NCBI GenBank assembly: GCA_032718475.1 | Contig: JAUCBJ010007582.1 | Location: forward strand, 1-56,501 | DNA length: 56,501 nt | Direction of reading: 5' to 3' | From: Nemertoderma westbladi | Taxonomy: Eukaryota > Animalia > Xenacoelomorpha | Shown: piece after piece, positions 24,900-36,028 of the stretch | Layout of the letters: each line of letters starts with the position of its first letter | How positions within the stretch are numbered: position 1 is the stretch's first letter | Made by a program: the position numbers and the translations under genes | Notes under the pieces: model-generated | Told to the model about the DNA's origin: nothing | Databases searched by the model: none | What the model saw: only the letters and a program-made list of their open reading frames with translations

Positions 24900-27800
24900 G
24901 TGAGGAACGCTTTGGGAACTTACGTGTGTACATAAGGTGAGGAACGCAATTGGGAACTTACGTGTATACATAAGGTGAGGAACGCATTGGGAACTTACGT
25001 GTGTACATAAGGTGGGGAACGCATTGGGAATTTACGTGTGCACATAAGGTGAGGAACGCATTGGGGACTTACGTGTGTACATAAGGTGATGAACGCTTTG
25101 GGAACCTACGTGTGTACATAAGGTGTGGAACGCATTGGGAACTTACGTGTGTACATAAGGTGTGGAACGCATTGGGAACTTACGTGTGTACATAAGGTGA
25201 GGAACGCATTGGGAACTTACGTGTGTACATAAGGTGTGGAACGCATTGGGAACTTACGTTTGTACATAAGGTCAGGAACGCTTTGGGAACTTACGTGTGT
25301 ACATAAGGTGAGGAACGCTTTGGGAACTTACGTGTGTACATAAGGTGATGAACGCATTGGGAACTTACGTGTGTACATAAGGTGGGGAACGCATTGGGAA
25401 TTTACGTGTGCACATAAGGTGAGGAACGCATTGGGAACTTACGTGTGTACATAAGGCGAGGAGCGCATTGGGAATTTACGTGTGCACATAAGGTGAGGAA
25501 CGCATTGGGGACTTACGTGTGTACATAAGGTGAGGAACGCATTGGGAACCTACGTGTGTACATAAGGTGAGGAACGCATTGGAAACTTACGTGTGTACAT
25601 AAGGTGAGGAACGCATTGGGCACTTACGTGTGCACATAAGGTGAGGAACGCATTGGGAACTTACGTGTGTACATAAGGTGTGGAACGCATTGGGAACTTA
25701 CGTGTGTACATAAGGTGAGGAACGCATTGGGAACTTACGTGTGTACATAAGGTGTGGAACGCATTGGGAACTTACGTGTGTACATAAGGTGAGGAACGCA
25801 TTGGGAACTTACGTGTGTAAATAAGGTGAGGAACGCATTGTAACTTACGTGTGTACATAAGGTGAGGAACGCATTGGGAACTTACGTGTGTACATAAGGG
25901 GAGGAACGCTTTGCGAACTTACGTGTGTACATAAGGTGAGGAACGCATTGGGAACTTACGTGTGTACATAAGGTGAGGAACGCATTGGGGACTTACGTGT
26001 GTACCTAAGGTCAGGAACGCTTTGGGAACTTACGTGTGTACATAAGGTGAGGAACGCATTGGGAACTTACGTGTGTACATAATGTGAGGAACGCATTGGA
26101 GACTTACGTGTGAACATAAGGTGAGGAACGCATTGGGTACTTACGTGTGTACATAAGGCGAGGAACGCATTGGGAATTTACGTGTGCACATAAGGTGAGG
26201 AACGCATTGGGGACTTACGTGTGTACATAAGGTGAGGAACGCTTTGGGAACCTACGTGTGTACATAACGTGAGGAACGCATTGGGAACTTACGTGTGTAC
26301 ATAAGGTGAGGAACGCTTTGGGAACTTACGTGTGTGTGTACATAAGGTGATGAACGCATTGGGAACTTACGTGTGTACATAAGGTGAGGAACGCTTTGGG
26401 AACTTACGTTTGCACATAATGTGAGGAACGCATTGGGAACTTACGTGTGTACATAAGGCGAGGAACGCATTGGAAATTTACGTGTGCACATAAGGTGAGG
26501 AACGCATTGGGGACTTACGTGTGTACATAAGGTGAGGAACGCTTTGGGAACCTACGTGTGTACATAAGGTGAGGAACGCATTGGGAACTTACGTGTGTAC
26601 ATAAGGTGAGGAACGCTTTGGGAACTTACGTGTGTACATAAGGTGAGGAACGCATTCTGAAATTACGTGTGTACATAAGGTGAGGAACACATTGGAGACT
26701 TACGTGTGTACATAAGGTGAGGAACGCATTGGGAATTTACGTTTGCACATAATGTGAGGAACGCATTGGGAACTTACGTGTGTACATAAGGCGAGGAACG
26801 CATTGGGAATTTACGTTTGCACATAATGTGAGGAACGCATTGGGAACTTACGTGTGTACATAAGGCGAGGAACGCATTGGAAATTGACGTGTGCACATAA
26901 GGTGAGGAACGCATTGGGGACTTACGTGTGTACATAAGGTGAGGAACGCTTTGGGAACCTACGTGTGTACATAAGGTGAGGAACGCATTGGGAACTTACG
27001 TGTGTACATAAGGTGAGGAACGCTTTGGGAACTTACGTGTGTACATAAGGTGAGGAACGCATTGGGAAATTACGTGTGTACATAAGGTGAGGAACGCATT
27101 GGAGACTTACGTGTGTACATAAGGTGAGGAACGCATTGGGAACTTACGTGTGTACATAAGGTGTGGAACGCATTGGGAACTTACGTGTGTACATAAGGTG
27201 AGGAACGCATTGGGAACTTACGTGTGTAAATAAGGTGAGGAACGCATTGTAACTTACGTGTGTACATAAGGTGAGGAACGCATTGGGAACTTACGTGTGT
27301 ACATAAGGGGAGGAACGCTTTGCGAACTTACGTGTGTACATAAGGTGAGGAACGCATTGGGAACTTACGTGTGTACATAAGGTGAGGAACGCATTGGGGA
27401 CTTACGTGTGTACCTAAGGTCAGGAACGCTTTGGGAACTTACGTGTGTACATAAGGTGAGGAACGCATTGGGAACTTACGTGTGTACATAATGTGAGGAA
27501 CGCATTGGAGACTTACGTGTGCACATAAGGTGAGGAACGCATTGGGGACTTACGTGTGTAAATAAGTTGAGGAACGCATTGGGAACTTACGTGTGTACAT
27601 AAGGTGAGGAACGCATTGGGAACTTACATGTGTACATAAGGTGAGGAACGCATTGGGAATTTACGTGTGCACATAAGATGAGGAACGCATTGGGAACTTA
27701 CGTGTGTACATAAGGTGAGGAACGCATTGGGAACTTACGTGTGTACATAAGGTGAGGAACGCTTTGGGAACTTACGTGTGTACATAAGGTGAGGAACGCA

Positions 27801-28487
27801 TTGGGAACTTACGTGTGTACATAAGGTGAGGAACGCTTTGGGAACTTACGTGTGTACATAAGGTGAGGAACGCTTTGGGAACTTACGTGTGTACATAAGG
27901 TGAGGAACGCATTGGGAACTTACGTGTGTACATAAGGTGAGGAACGCATTGGGGACTTACGTGTGTACATAAGGTGAAGAACGGTTTGGGAACTTACGTA
28001 TGTACATAAGGCGAGGAACGCATTGGGAACTTACGTGTGTACATACGGTGAGGAACGCATTGGGAACTTACGTGTGTACATAAGGTGAGGGACGCATTGG
28101 GAACTTACGTGTGTACATAAGGTAAGGAACGCATTGGGGACTTACGTGTGTACATAAGGTGAGGAACGCTTTGGGAACTTACGTGAGTACATAAGGTGAG
28201 GAACGCATTGGGAACATACGTGTGTACATAAGGTGAGGAACGCATTGGGAACTTACGTGTCTGCATAAGGTGAGGAACGCATTGGGGACTTACGTGTGTA
28301 CATAAGGTGAGGAACGGATTGGGGACTTACGTGTGTACATAAGGTGATGAACACTTTGGGAACTTACGTGTGTGCATAAGGTGAGGAACGCATTGGGAAC
28401 TTACGTGTGTGCCTAAAGTGAGGAACGCATTGGGGACTTACGTGTGTACATAAGGTGAGGAACGCTTTGGGAACTTACGTGTGTGCA
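24877..28487 (+). repeat. 37-bp minisatellite (GGGAACTTACGTGTGTACATAAGGTGAGGAACGCATT)n, about 97 copies, spanning the exon A donor site
   Basis: Period of 37 read directly (ACTTAC at 25141 and 25178). The first unit overlaps the last ~23 nt of exon A. Confidence 0.97.
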
Positions 28488-28805
28488 TTAGTACATAAGG
28501 TTATAGGAACAGAGTGGAAACTCACTGTTGTACATTAGCTTAGTGGAATTTGGAATTTATGAGTGTAGATAAGGTTAGACAGATACTAATTCATTAATTA
28601 TTTCGGTTAGATGTAGCCCTTTTGTAACCTGGGTTTTTAGTGAAATCCTGGTACACCAGGGAGTAAACTGCAAGTGAAATATATAGCAGAAAGTCTGATA
28701 TACTGTACTTTTCCGTGCGTGGTAGGGAATTTACTAGTGTACTTACGGTTAATGGAGCGTTATAGAAATTAATATAACAACGATTCATATTGTTTTATCC
28801 AATAG

Positions 28806-28928
28806 GAACGCCCATAACCGACCGACTGTACAGGACCTCATTGTGTTCGCACGTCAGGCAGCTGATGGCCTCTGTTTCCTCGCTTCCAATAATATTGTCC
28901 ACAGCGACATCGCTTGCAGGAATTGTAT
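28806..28928 (+). CDS. RYK/MET-like kinase exon B (catalytic loop)
   Basis: ccaatag|G ... AT|gtaagt, phase-compatible with exon A. Encodes (R)NAHNRPTVQDLIVFARQAADGLCFLASNNIVHSDIACRNC(M). Not in the supplied ORF track. Confidence 0.92.
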
Positions 28929-28974
28929 GTAAGTATATTCCATACACCGCGAGTGTCAGCAGATAGAGTCCAGC

Positions 28975-29400
28975 AAGGACTCCCATACACAGTAAGAGTA
29001 CTGGAAAATAAATAAAAAATAATAAAAATAATCTATCCTTAAAGTTTTTTTCCATTTATTCTATGTCACTCCCAAATCTGGAAAGCTCATTTAATGCTGC
29101 CCATGCCTTTCCCTTACGTATCCGAAGGTCTGACTTCCGGATGAATGATATGGTAGCAGAAGTCATCCACATGCTCAAGCACACCACCCTTCATCCTTAG
29201 AGCTTATATATGCTCATACAATGAGTCATTTCCTGACGATTGTGGTCAGTGTAGTTTTCTTGAAGTTAACAAAAAGACCAACTCTAGAATTCTCCCTGTT
29301 TTAATGAGCGTTGGAGCCGTTGGGCCCCCTATAGTGATTCTGAGAGCAATACTACAGTATGTCATCAGCAAAGATTTAGATCTGTTAGGTGCCGCTTGGC
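28975..29400 (-). mobile_element. Degenerate RTE-clade LINE reverse transcriptase fragment
   Basis: Minus-strand remnants across frameshifts include FADD (~29375-29360) and SDLRIRKGKAWAALNEL, typical of the RT C-terminal region of RTE-like elements. Confidence 0.55.
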
Positions 29401-30174
29401 TGGATTTCCTCGACTTCTGGAATCAGTAGGAGGTGTTTCCATTGTACTGTAAGGATCGCAGTACTGAATGGTTGGGTAACGGATTCCGGAATCACACCTC
29501 TGAAAGTCGGGTTATTCTCCGAATAATAATTTAATAAATATGAATAATTGATGTAATGTCGAATATTAAAATATGCGTTACGTACTGTAGGTTTTCATGC
29601 GTATCGTTTAATTTAAAAATTGCCTCTTTACTCAAAATTAGGAATGCTAAATATTCAACTCACGACAATCAATTTGTCTATAACAATACTAACGTCGTTA
29701 AATAATGTTACAATTTTACAATTAAAAATATGTTTTCGACCACAATTACTCAGTTTATGGCGAGGATGACCAGTTGGCAGTTGATGGCGTTGCTTATCAA
29801 GAAAACTGAACTTTGAAACCACTCATTAACACCACTGCAGTATACAGTAACAGGGGTACCCTCCTGCACCATGCAGTAGTGCTGCAGTGGGCAGTTGAGT
29901 TCAGGCTCTACTACTGTACTATCTTGTTTCGGGGGCACTGACACTGACATTAGTGACATTTTAACTGAAACTGACAGTTATTTATGCAGTAGGTCTAACC
30001 TGACTCGACTGCCTGGCCTTACTATATAGTACAGTAGTAGGCCTACTGCTTTACTATTGTATCTTGTGTTTTTGTGGTGTAACCTTCCGCTAGTTGGATT
30101 ATTATTTTGGTTAGGTACCGGTACTTCTGTACTTGTTACACTTACAGTATTAGTTGATCTGATTTATGGGAATT

Positions 30175-30418
30175 TCGGGTTTGGTACCCACCAGAGGCAA
30201 TTTTTTTCGTTATTTTTATATATATACCAATTGAGGGAACTGGGAAAGGAGCAGGTTACAGAGGCAGGCTTTTCTAACCAAAGCAATAAACGGCCACTTT
30301 ACCAATTGAGGGAAAGGAGAAGGTTACAGAGGTGGGCTTTTCTAACCAAAACAATAAACGATCACCTTACCAGGGTAAGTGCCTATTTCACTGGCTGACT
30401 GGTGGGTACCAAACCCGA
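30175..30418. mobile_element. 244-bp inverted-repeat element (MITE/HINE-like) just upstream of NSUN2
   Basis: Perfect 20-bp IR tcgggtttggtacccaccag (30175-30194) / ctggtgggtaccaaacccga (30399-30418). It contains two copies of a ~60-bp motif also present at 23438-23498 and, inverted, at 34870-34921. Confidence 0.7.
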
Positions 30419-30470
30419 TAGAGCCTGATTTAGCGGTTGGCCTATATCTGTATATACTGATATATATAAG

Positions 30471-32870
30471 ATGAGCGGTACGGGTACAGCCCCTGCAGCG
30501 GCAGAAAGCTCTTCAACAAATACTCGTTCTGTAGGCCTTCTCCGTACATCCCCACAGTTGGAGAGGGAAATACCCACAGGTGCGGTCAAAAAGAGAAGGA
30601 GCCGTGGAGGCAAGCACGGCAAACGATTCAAAAATAGGAACACTGATAATCAACCTGCTTGGGTTGAGACTAGAAACACACAAACTAATGGCGACAAAGG
30701 GGCCCAGGAGAAGTCGGGGGAGTTTTACAGGGAAATCCCCCGTGTAAACGCGAACTTTGAACTGTTTTACAAAGAGATGGGAATAGTTCCCGACTCCCAA
30801 TGGGAACTATTCCTCTCGACATGCCGTTCCGGCCTCCCTTCCTGTTTCCGTATTACGGGATCTAAACGACACGCGACCTCAGTGCTAGCCTACCTAGAGA
30901 GTAAACGATTCTTCCAATCGCTAGACGGCCTTGTAGTGGACGGCGTGGAAGCTAGACCACCAGTCCCGCTGCTATGGTATCCGAACAGATCTGCATGGAA
31001 GTTAAATCTCGGTAGGAACGTGATAAAGAAGAACAAGGAATGCGCCGAGCTACACAGATTCCTTGTGAATGAGACCATCTGCGGCAGTATCAGTCGGCAA
31101 GAGGAGGTCAGTATGATTCCTCCTGTGTTACTCGACGTCGAATCGCACCATAAAGTCCTCGATCTCTGCGCTGCGCCGGGATCCAAGACCGCCCAGTTAG
31201 TGGAGGCTCTTCACGAGGGTTTAGATGGAGGGATCCCCTCTGGAGTCGTGGTCGCTAACGACGTGTTAAACTCCCGTTGCTACATCATGGTCCATCAGAC
31301 GAAGCGATTAAATAGTCCGTCCGTGGTGGTTGTCAACCACGACGCGCGTTCTTTCCCCAACCTGTACGACGACGACGGACGCGTTCTGCGTTACGATCGG
31401 GTTCTCTGCGACGTTCCGTGCAGTGGAGACGGAACGCTTCGTAAGAACCCCGGCGTGTGGCGGACCTGGTCCGCTGGGACCGGCAACGGATTGCATCCAT
31501 TGCAGCGCCGCATCCTGCATCGCGGGGTAGAGTTGCTCCGGGTTGGCGGGCGACTCGTTTATTCGACTTGTTCGATGAATCCGGTGGAGAATGAAGCCGT
31601 AGTCGCCTCGGTTCTCGCAGCGAACCCGGACTGCCTGAAGCTCGTAGACGTTAGCAAGCGACTAAACAAACTAATACACAACCCAGGTCTATCCAAATGG
31701 AAAGTCACAACAACCAAACAAACTAACTTCTATTCGACTTTCCAAGAAGTTCCTAAAACCTCTCTAAATGCAATTCATTCCTCTATGTTCCCGCCGTACA
31801 ATGAAGAAGGAATGAAGGAACTCGGTATAGAGAAGTGTCTGAGACTGCTTCCTCACCACCAGGACTGCGGTGGTTTCTTCGTAGCCGTTCTCACTAAATT
31901 AGCACCTTTAACCAAACGGGAAACAAGTCGTTCTAATCCCATCGGTGGGTCTCTTGATAGTAAATCCGATATCGGAAACAGCGAAGTTATTGAATCTACC
32001 GGGGATATAGAATTAGTCCCTGATGCGGCTTATAAACAACTTTCTATAGATAATGTTTCTCCCGGAGATATTCCCGATATTCCTGCAGTTGGGGAACCTC
32101 CCATCAAGAAACCCAAGAACGTTGGTAGAATCTATAATGAGGATCCGTATGTGTTTATAACGGATAAAGAAAGCGATATGTTGACGAAACTTGTCGATTT
32201 TTACGGAATTTCTTCTGAATTTCCAGCCCGACAACTCCTAACCCGGTCTGAATCGGGGAAGAAACGAAAAATCTATTTCGTGAATAAATTAATCCGCGAT
32301 TTATTATCCAATAAAGACAACACCGATCGATTGAAGGTTATCAACACCGGGGTTAATATCTGGTGTCGCACCTCACTAGAGGAGGACCAGGTTGGGTTTA
32401 GGATAGTGCAGGAAGGCGTTTACACGGTTTATCCGTTTATATCTAAACGGATTATCGAGTTGTCCAAAGCCGATATGGTTATAATGTTGGAGAATCAGTT
32501 CCCCAGTACCTGGGATCTTAGCGAAAGTCTGCAGGAGGTTGTAAAGGCCATAACCAGTGGCAGTGTGGTGATGATCTTTGTAACTAGTAGCGAACGGAAT
32601 AGAGAGAACGGAAGTGCAGCTGGAAATGAAGCCATTGCCGCAGATAATGAAAGGGAATGTCCCATAGCGGTCTGCGGTTGGAAGGGACAGGTTTCTTTAC
32701 GGGCCTACACAAACAATGACGAACGGAAATCCATACTGCGACTACTTGGTAAGGAAGTTCACGAAATTAATTCAAACTCAAACAATAAAGGAGTTGCTGA
32801 CGTCACTACAGGGGTCACAGAGGTCAGCGAACCTGTGGTCGATAATATCGTTGTTGATGAGAACGATTAG
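30471..32870 (+). CDS. NSUN2: tRNA/mRNA (cytosine-5)-methyltransferase NSUN2/Trm4, intronless
   Basis: 799-aa ORF with ISRQEEVSMIPP, VLDLCAAPGSKT, DRVLCDVPCSGDG and LVYSTCS (both catalytic Cys present), plus PHHQDCGGFFVAV and a C-terminal KVINTG...FRIVQEG region. Confidence 0.96.
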   Translation: MSGTGTAPAAAESSSTNTRSVGLLRTSPQLEREIPTGAVKKRRSRGGKHGKRFKNRNTDNQPAWVETRNTQTNGDKGAQEKSGEFYREIPRVNANFELFYKEMGIVPDSQWELFLSTCRSGLPSCFRITGSKRHATSVLAYLESKRFFQSLDGLVVDGVEARPPVPLLWYPNRSAWKLNLGRNVIKKNKECAELHRFLVNETICGSISRQEEVSMIPPVLLDVESHHKVLDLCAAPGSKTAQLVEALHEGLDGGIPSGVVVANDVLNSRCYIMVHQTKRLNSPSVVVVNHDARSFPNLYDDDGRVLRYDRVLCDVPCSGDGTLRKNPGVWRTWSAGTGNGLHPLQRRILHRGVELLRVGGRLVYSTCSMNPVENEAVVASVLAANPDCLKLVDVSKRLNKLIHNPGLSKWKVTTTKQTNFYSTFQEVPKTSLNAIHSSMFPPYNEEGMKELGIEKCLRLLPHHQDCGGFFVAVLTKLAPLTKRETSRSNPIGGSLDSKSDIGNSEVIESTGDIELVPDAAYKQLSIDNVSPGDIPDIPAVGEPPIKKPKNVGRIYNEDPYVFITDKESDMLTKLVDFYGISSEFPARQLLTRSESGKKRKIYFVNKLIRDLLSNKDNTDRLKVINTGVNIWCRTSLEEDQVGFRIVQEGVYTVYPFISKRIIELSKADMVIMLENQFPSTWDLSESLQEVVKAITSGSVVMIFVTSSERNRENGSAAGNEAIAADNERECPIAVCGWKGQVSLRAYTNNDERKSILRLLGKEVHEINSNSNNKGVADVTTGVTEVSEPVVDNIVVDEND

Positions 32871-34388
32871 GTGGGTTTGTCCTGCCCATAGCCTCTATGG
32901 GTGTGTCCATAGCCACTAGGGGTGTGCCCATAGCCACTATGGGTCTGTCCATGGCCACTAGGGGTGTGTCCATAGCCACTATGGGTGTGTCCATAGCCAC
33001 TAGGGGTATGTCCATAGCCACTAGGGGTGTGTCCATAGCCACTATGGGTGTGTCCATAGCCACTAGGGGTGTCCATAGCCACTATGGGTGTGTCCATAGC
33101 CCCTATGGGTGTGTCCATTGTCACTAGGGGTGTGTCCATAGCCACTATGGGTGTGTCCATGGCCACTAGGGGTGTGTCCATAGCCACTATGGGTGTGTCC
33201 ATAGCCACTAGGGGTGTGTCCATAGCCACTAGGGGTGTGTCCATATCCACTATGGGTGTGTCCATAGCCGCTATGGGTGTGTCCATTGCCACTAGGGGTG
33301 TGTCCATAGCCACTAGGGGAGGGGTGTGTCCATAGCCACTAGGGGAGGGGTGTGTCCATAGCCACTAGGGGTGTCTCCATAGCCACTTGGGGTGTGTCCA
33401 TAGCCACTATGGGTGTGTCCATAGCCACTATGGGTGTGTCCATAGCCACTAGGGGTGAGTCCATAGCCACTATGGGTGTGTCCATGGCCACTAGGGGTGT
33501 GTCCATAGCCACTAGGGGTGTGTCCATAGCCACTAGGGGTGTATCCATAGCCACTAGGGGTGTGTCCATAGCCACTATGGGTGTGTCCTGTCCATAGCCA
33601 CTAGGGGAGGGGTGTGTCCATAGCCACTAGGGGAGGGGTGTGTCCATAGCCACTAGGGGAGGGGTGTGTCCATAGCCACTAGGGGTGTCTCCATAGCCAC
33701 TTGGGGTGTGTCCATAGCCACTATGGGTGTGTCCATAGCCACTATGGGTGTGTCCATAGCCACTAGGGGTGAGTCCATAGCCACTATGGGTGTGTCCATG
33801 GCCACTAGGGGTGTGTCCATAGCCACTAGGGGTGTGTCCATAGCCACTAGGGGTGTATCCATAGCCACTAGGGGTGTGTCCATAGCCACTATGGGTGTGT
33901 CCATGGCCAGTAGGGGTGTGTCCATAGCCATTAGGGGAGGGGTGTGTCCTGTGTGTCCATAGCCACTAGGGGTGTGTCCTGTCCATAGCCACTATGGGTG
34001 TGTCCATGGCCAGTAGGGGTGTGTCCAGAGCCACTAGGGGAGGGGTGTGTCCATAGCCATTAGGGGGGGGGGGGGGGGGGGGTGTGTCCATAGCCACTAG
34101 GGGAGGGGTGTGTCAATAGCCACTATGGGAGGGGTGTGTCCATAGCCACTAGGGGTGTCTCCATATCCACTAGGGGTGTGTCCATAGCAACTATGGGTGT
34201 GTCCATAGCCACTAGGGGTGTGTCCATAGCCACTATGGGTGTGTCCATGGCCACTTGGGGTGTGTCCATAGCCACTATGGGTGTGTCCATAGCCACTAGG
34301 GGTGTGTCCATAGCCACTATGGGTGTGTCCATAGCTACTATGGGTGTATCTATAGCCACTATGGGTGTGTCCATAGCCACTAGGTGTG
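32871..34388. repeat. 21-bp minisatellite (GTGTGTCCATAGCCACTA[G/T]GG)n, about 70 copies, starting at the NSUN2 stop codon
   Basis: Direct reading. It explains the MDTPLVA/SIATRGV pseudo-ORFs. Confidence 0.97.
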
Positions 34389-35116
34389 TGGTGCATTATC
34401 GAGTTATCATATCCACTTGACATGGACTGGACAGGCAGTTATAACCCATTATAATATTTCACTTCAATTTGAAACCAACTGCGAAAATTTAAATAACAAA
34501 TAATAACTCATTTTAACTGAATTCTTAGTTGTTTATTGGGTGCGGAATTTATTTTAAGTTTACTAGCTGTAATGTGGGAGGTTTAATATAATATCAATTT
34601 ATTCATACAGTGCGTCTACTGTGCTTTGTATAAGTATAATAAGATAGGAATATAGATGAGAATAAAACGGTTTTTCCACTAATACTTTATTTCACAAATT
34701 AACAAGTCTAAGTTACCCAGCAAAGTGCAAACTGCTACGAATTTAAGTTCGACGATGTGATGGCGTTAAGTCCGACGACATTATGTCCTGCGTAATTACC
34801 TTTTGTTTATTCTACTTACACTTTATTACTATACTAACAAAAGGTAAACGGAAACTTGTGCTATTGACTTCGTTTATTGTTTTGGTTAGAGTAACGTGTC
34901 ACTGTAACCTGCTCCTTTCTCTTGACTACATCAGGATGACGCCACAGGGCCTAGTAGTAGTATGGTATCATATAGCAGTAATCACTAAAATGGATGTGGC
35001 ATGGAGGACTTCTTGTTTTTGTCGTACTGTGTCGGTACACCTTGCCGCCATATTTGACATAAAGCAGTCAAAGTTACTAGTGCGTCCTACGTTCCGACTG
35101 TGTAATGTAATTAGTA

Positions 35117-36028
35117 ATGTTTATTGCTCCTTCAACTCTAAGTTGCCGGTACATGTCTGTTGCTAAACAACTGAAACCAGCGGTATTGGCGTGGGCCGTT
35201 AACGTTAACCAATGGCAACCAACCGAAGCCCAATGGTCCTTTCTAACTCGTTGCATACAGGTAGAGGAAGCGCATCGTATTGGACAATTCCGATTCCAGA
35301 AGGACGCAAAGTTGTCCCTGATTGGTCGGTTGCTACTTAGGAGAGCGGCTTCTTATATGTTGGATCTTGATTGGGGCGACGTGCGTTACGCGCGTACCGA
35401 CAGCGGTAAACCGTTCATCGAATCCGGCGGAACCTCGTTGGAGGTGAACGTTTCCCACGACGGCGATTATTGCGTGCTGATTTGCGACCGAGTGCGGCGG
35501 TGCGGCGTCGATGTGGTTCACATTAAACGGCCTTTCGGCTCCGACAGTCTGCCGGCCTTCTTCCACACGATGCGTCGACAGTTTAGTCCGTCGGAGTGGC
35601 AATACATCGGCAGTCCGCGAACCGAGGGAGACCAACTGACTCGGTACTACAGACTGTGGAGTCTCAAGGAGAGTTACGTGAAGGCCTTAGGCGTCGGACT
35701 AGGTATGGACTTACAGCAGTTGACAATGAAACCGCACAGCGATTGGCCCAGTAGTTGCCATGGCTCCTGTACTGACAAACAGACCATTAGCGACACACAA
35801 CTGCTATTAGATCGCGAACTATTAACTGAGTGGACCTTCTACGAAACTCGTCTAGACTCCAACCATTTGGTTAGCGTCGCCATAGAAACTGACGATACAT
35901 TAATTCCCGTAGAGTTTCATATCCTTTCAGTAGACTATCTAATACAGACTGCTGATGAGAGAGTTAATATCGAATACAGAGGACCGTCCTGGTCTAAATA
36001 TCAAAGGAGATATAATCCGAGGTATTGA
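35117..36028 (+). CDS. AASDHPPT: 4'-phosphopantetheinyl transferase (Sfp-type), intronless; start may be ATG 35153
   Basis: WQPTEAQW...IQVEEAHRIGQFRFQKDAKLSLIGRLLLR, GKP, NVSHDGDY, GVDVV and WSLKESYVKALGVGL motifs of eukaryotic AASDHPPT/Lys5. Confidence 0.95.
   Translation: MFIAPSTLSCRYMSVAKQLKPAVLAWAVNVNQWQPTEAQWSFLTRCIQVEEAHRIGQFRFQKDAKLSLIGRLLLRRAASYMLDLDWGDVRYARTDSGKPFIESGGTSLEVNVSHDGDYCVLICDRVRRCGVDVVHIKRPFGSDSLPAFFHTMRRQFSPSEWQYIGSPRTEGDQLTRYYRLWSLKESYVKALGVGLGMDLQQLTMKPHSDWPSSCHGSCTDKQTISDTQLLLDRELLTEWTFYETRLDSNHLVSVAIETDDTLIPVEFHILSVDYLIQTADERVNIEYRGPSWSKYQRRYNPRY

Noticed and set aside
24877-28487. CRISPR-like appearance of the 36/37-bp repeats
   Set aside because: Units are head-to-tail with no unique spacers, there are no cas genes, and the context is eukaryotic.
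32824-34423. MDTPLVA / SGYGHTP / SIATRGV repeat ORFs
   Set aside because: Translations of the 21-bp minisatellite, broken by frameshifts.
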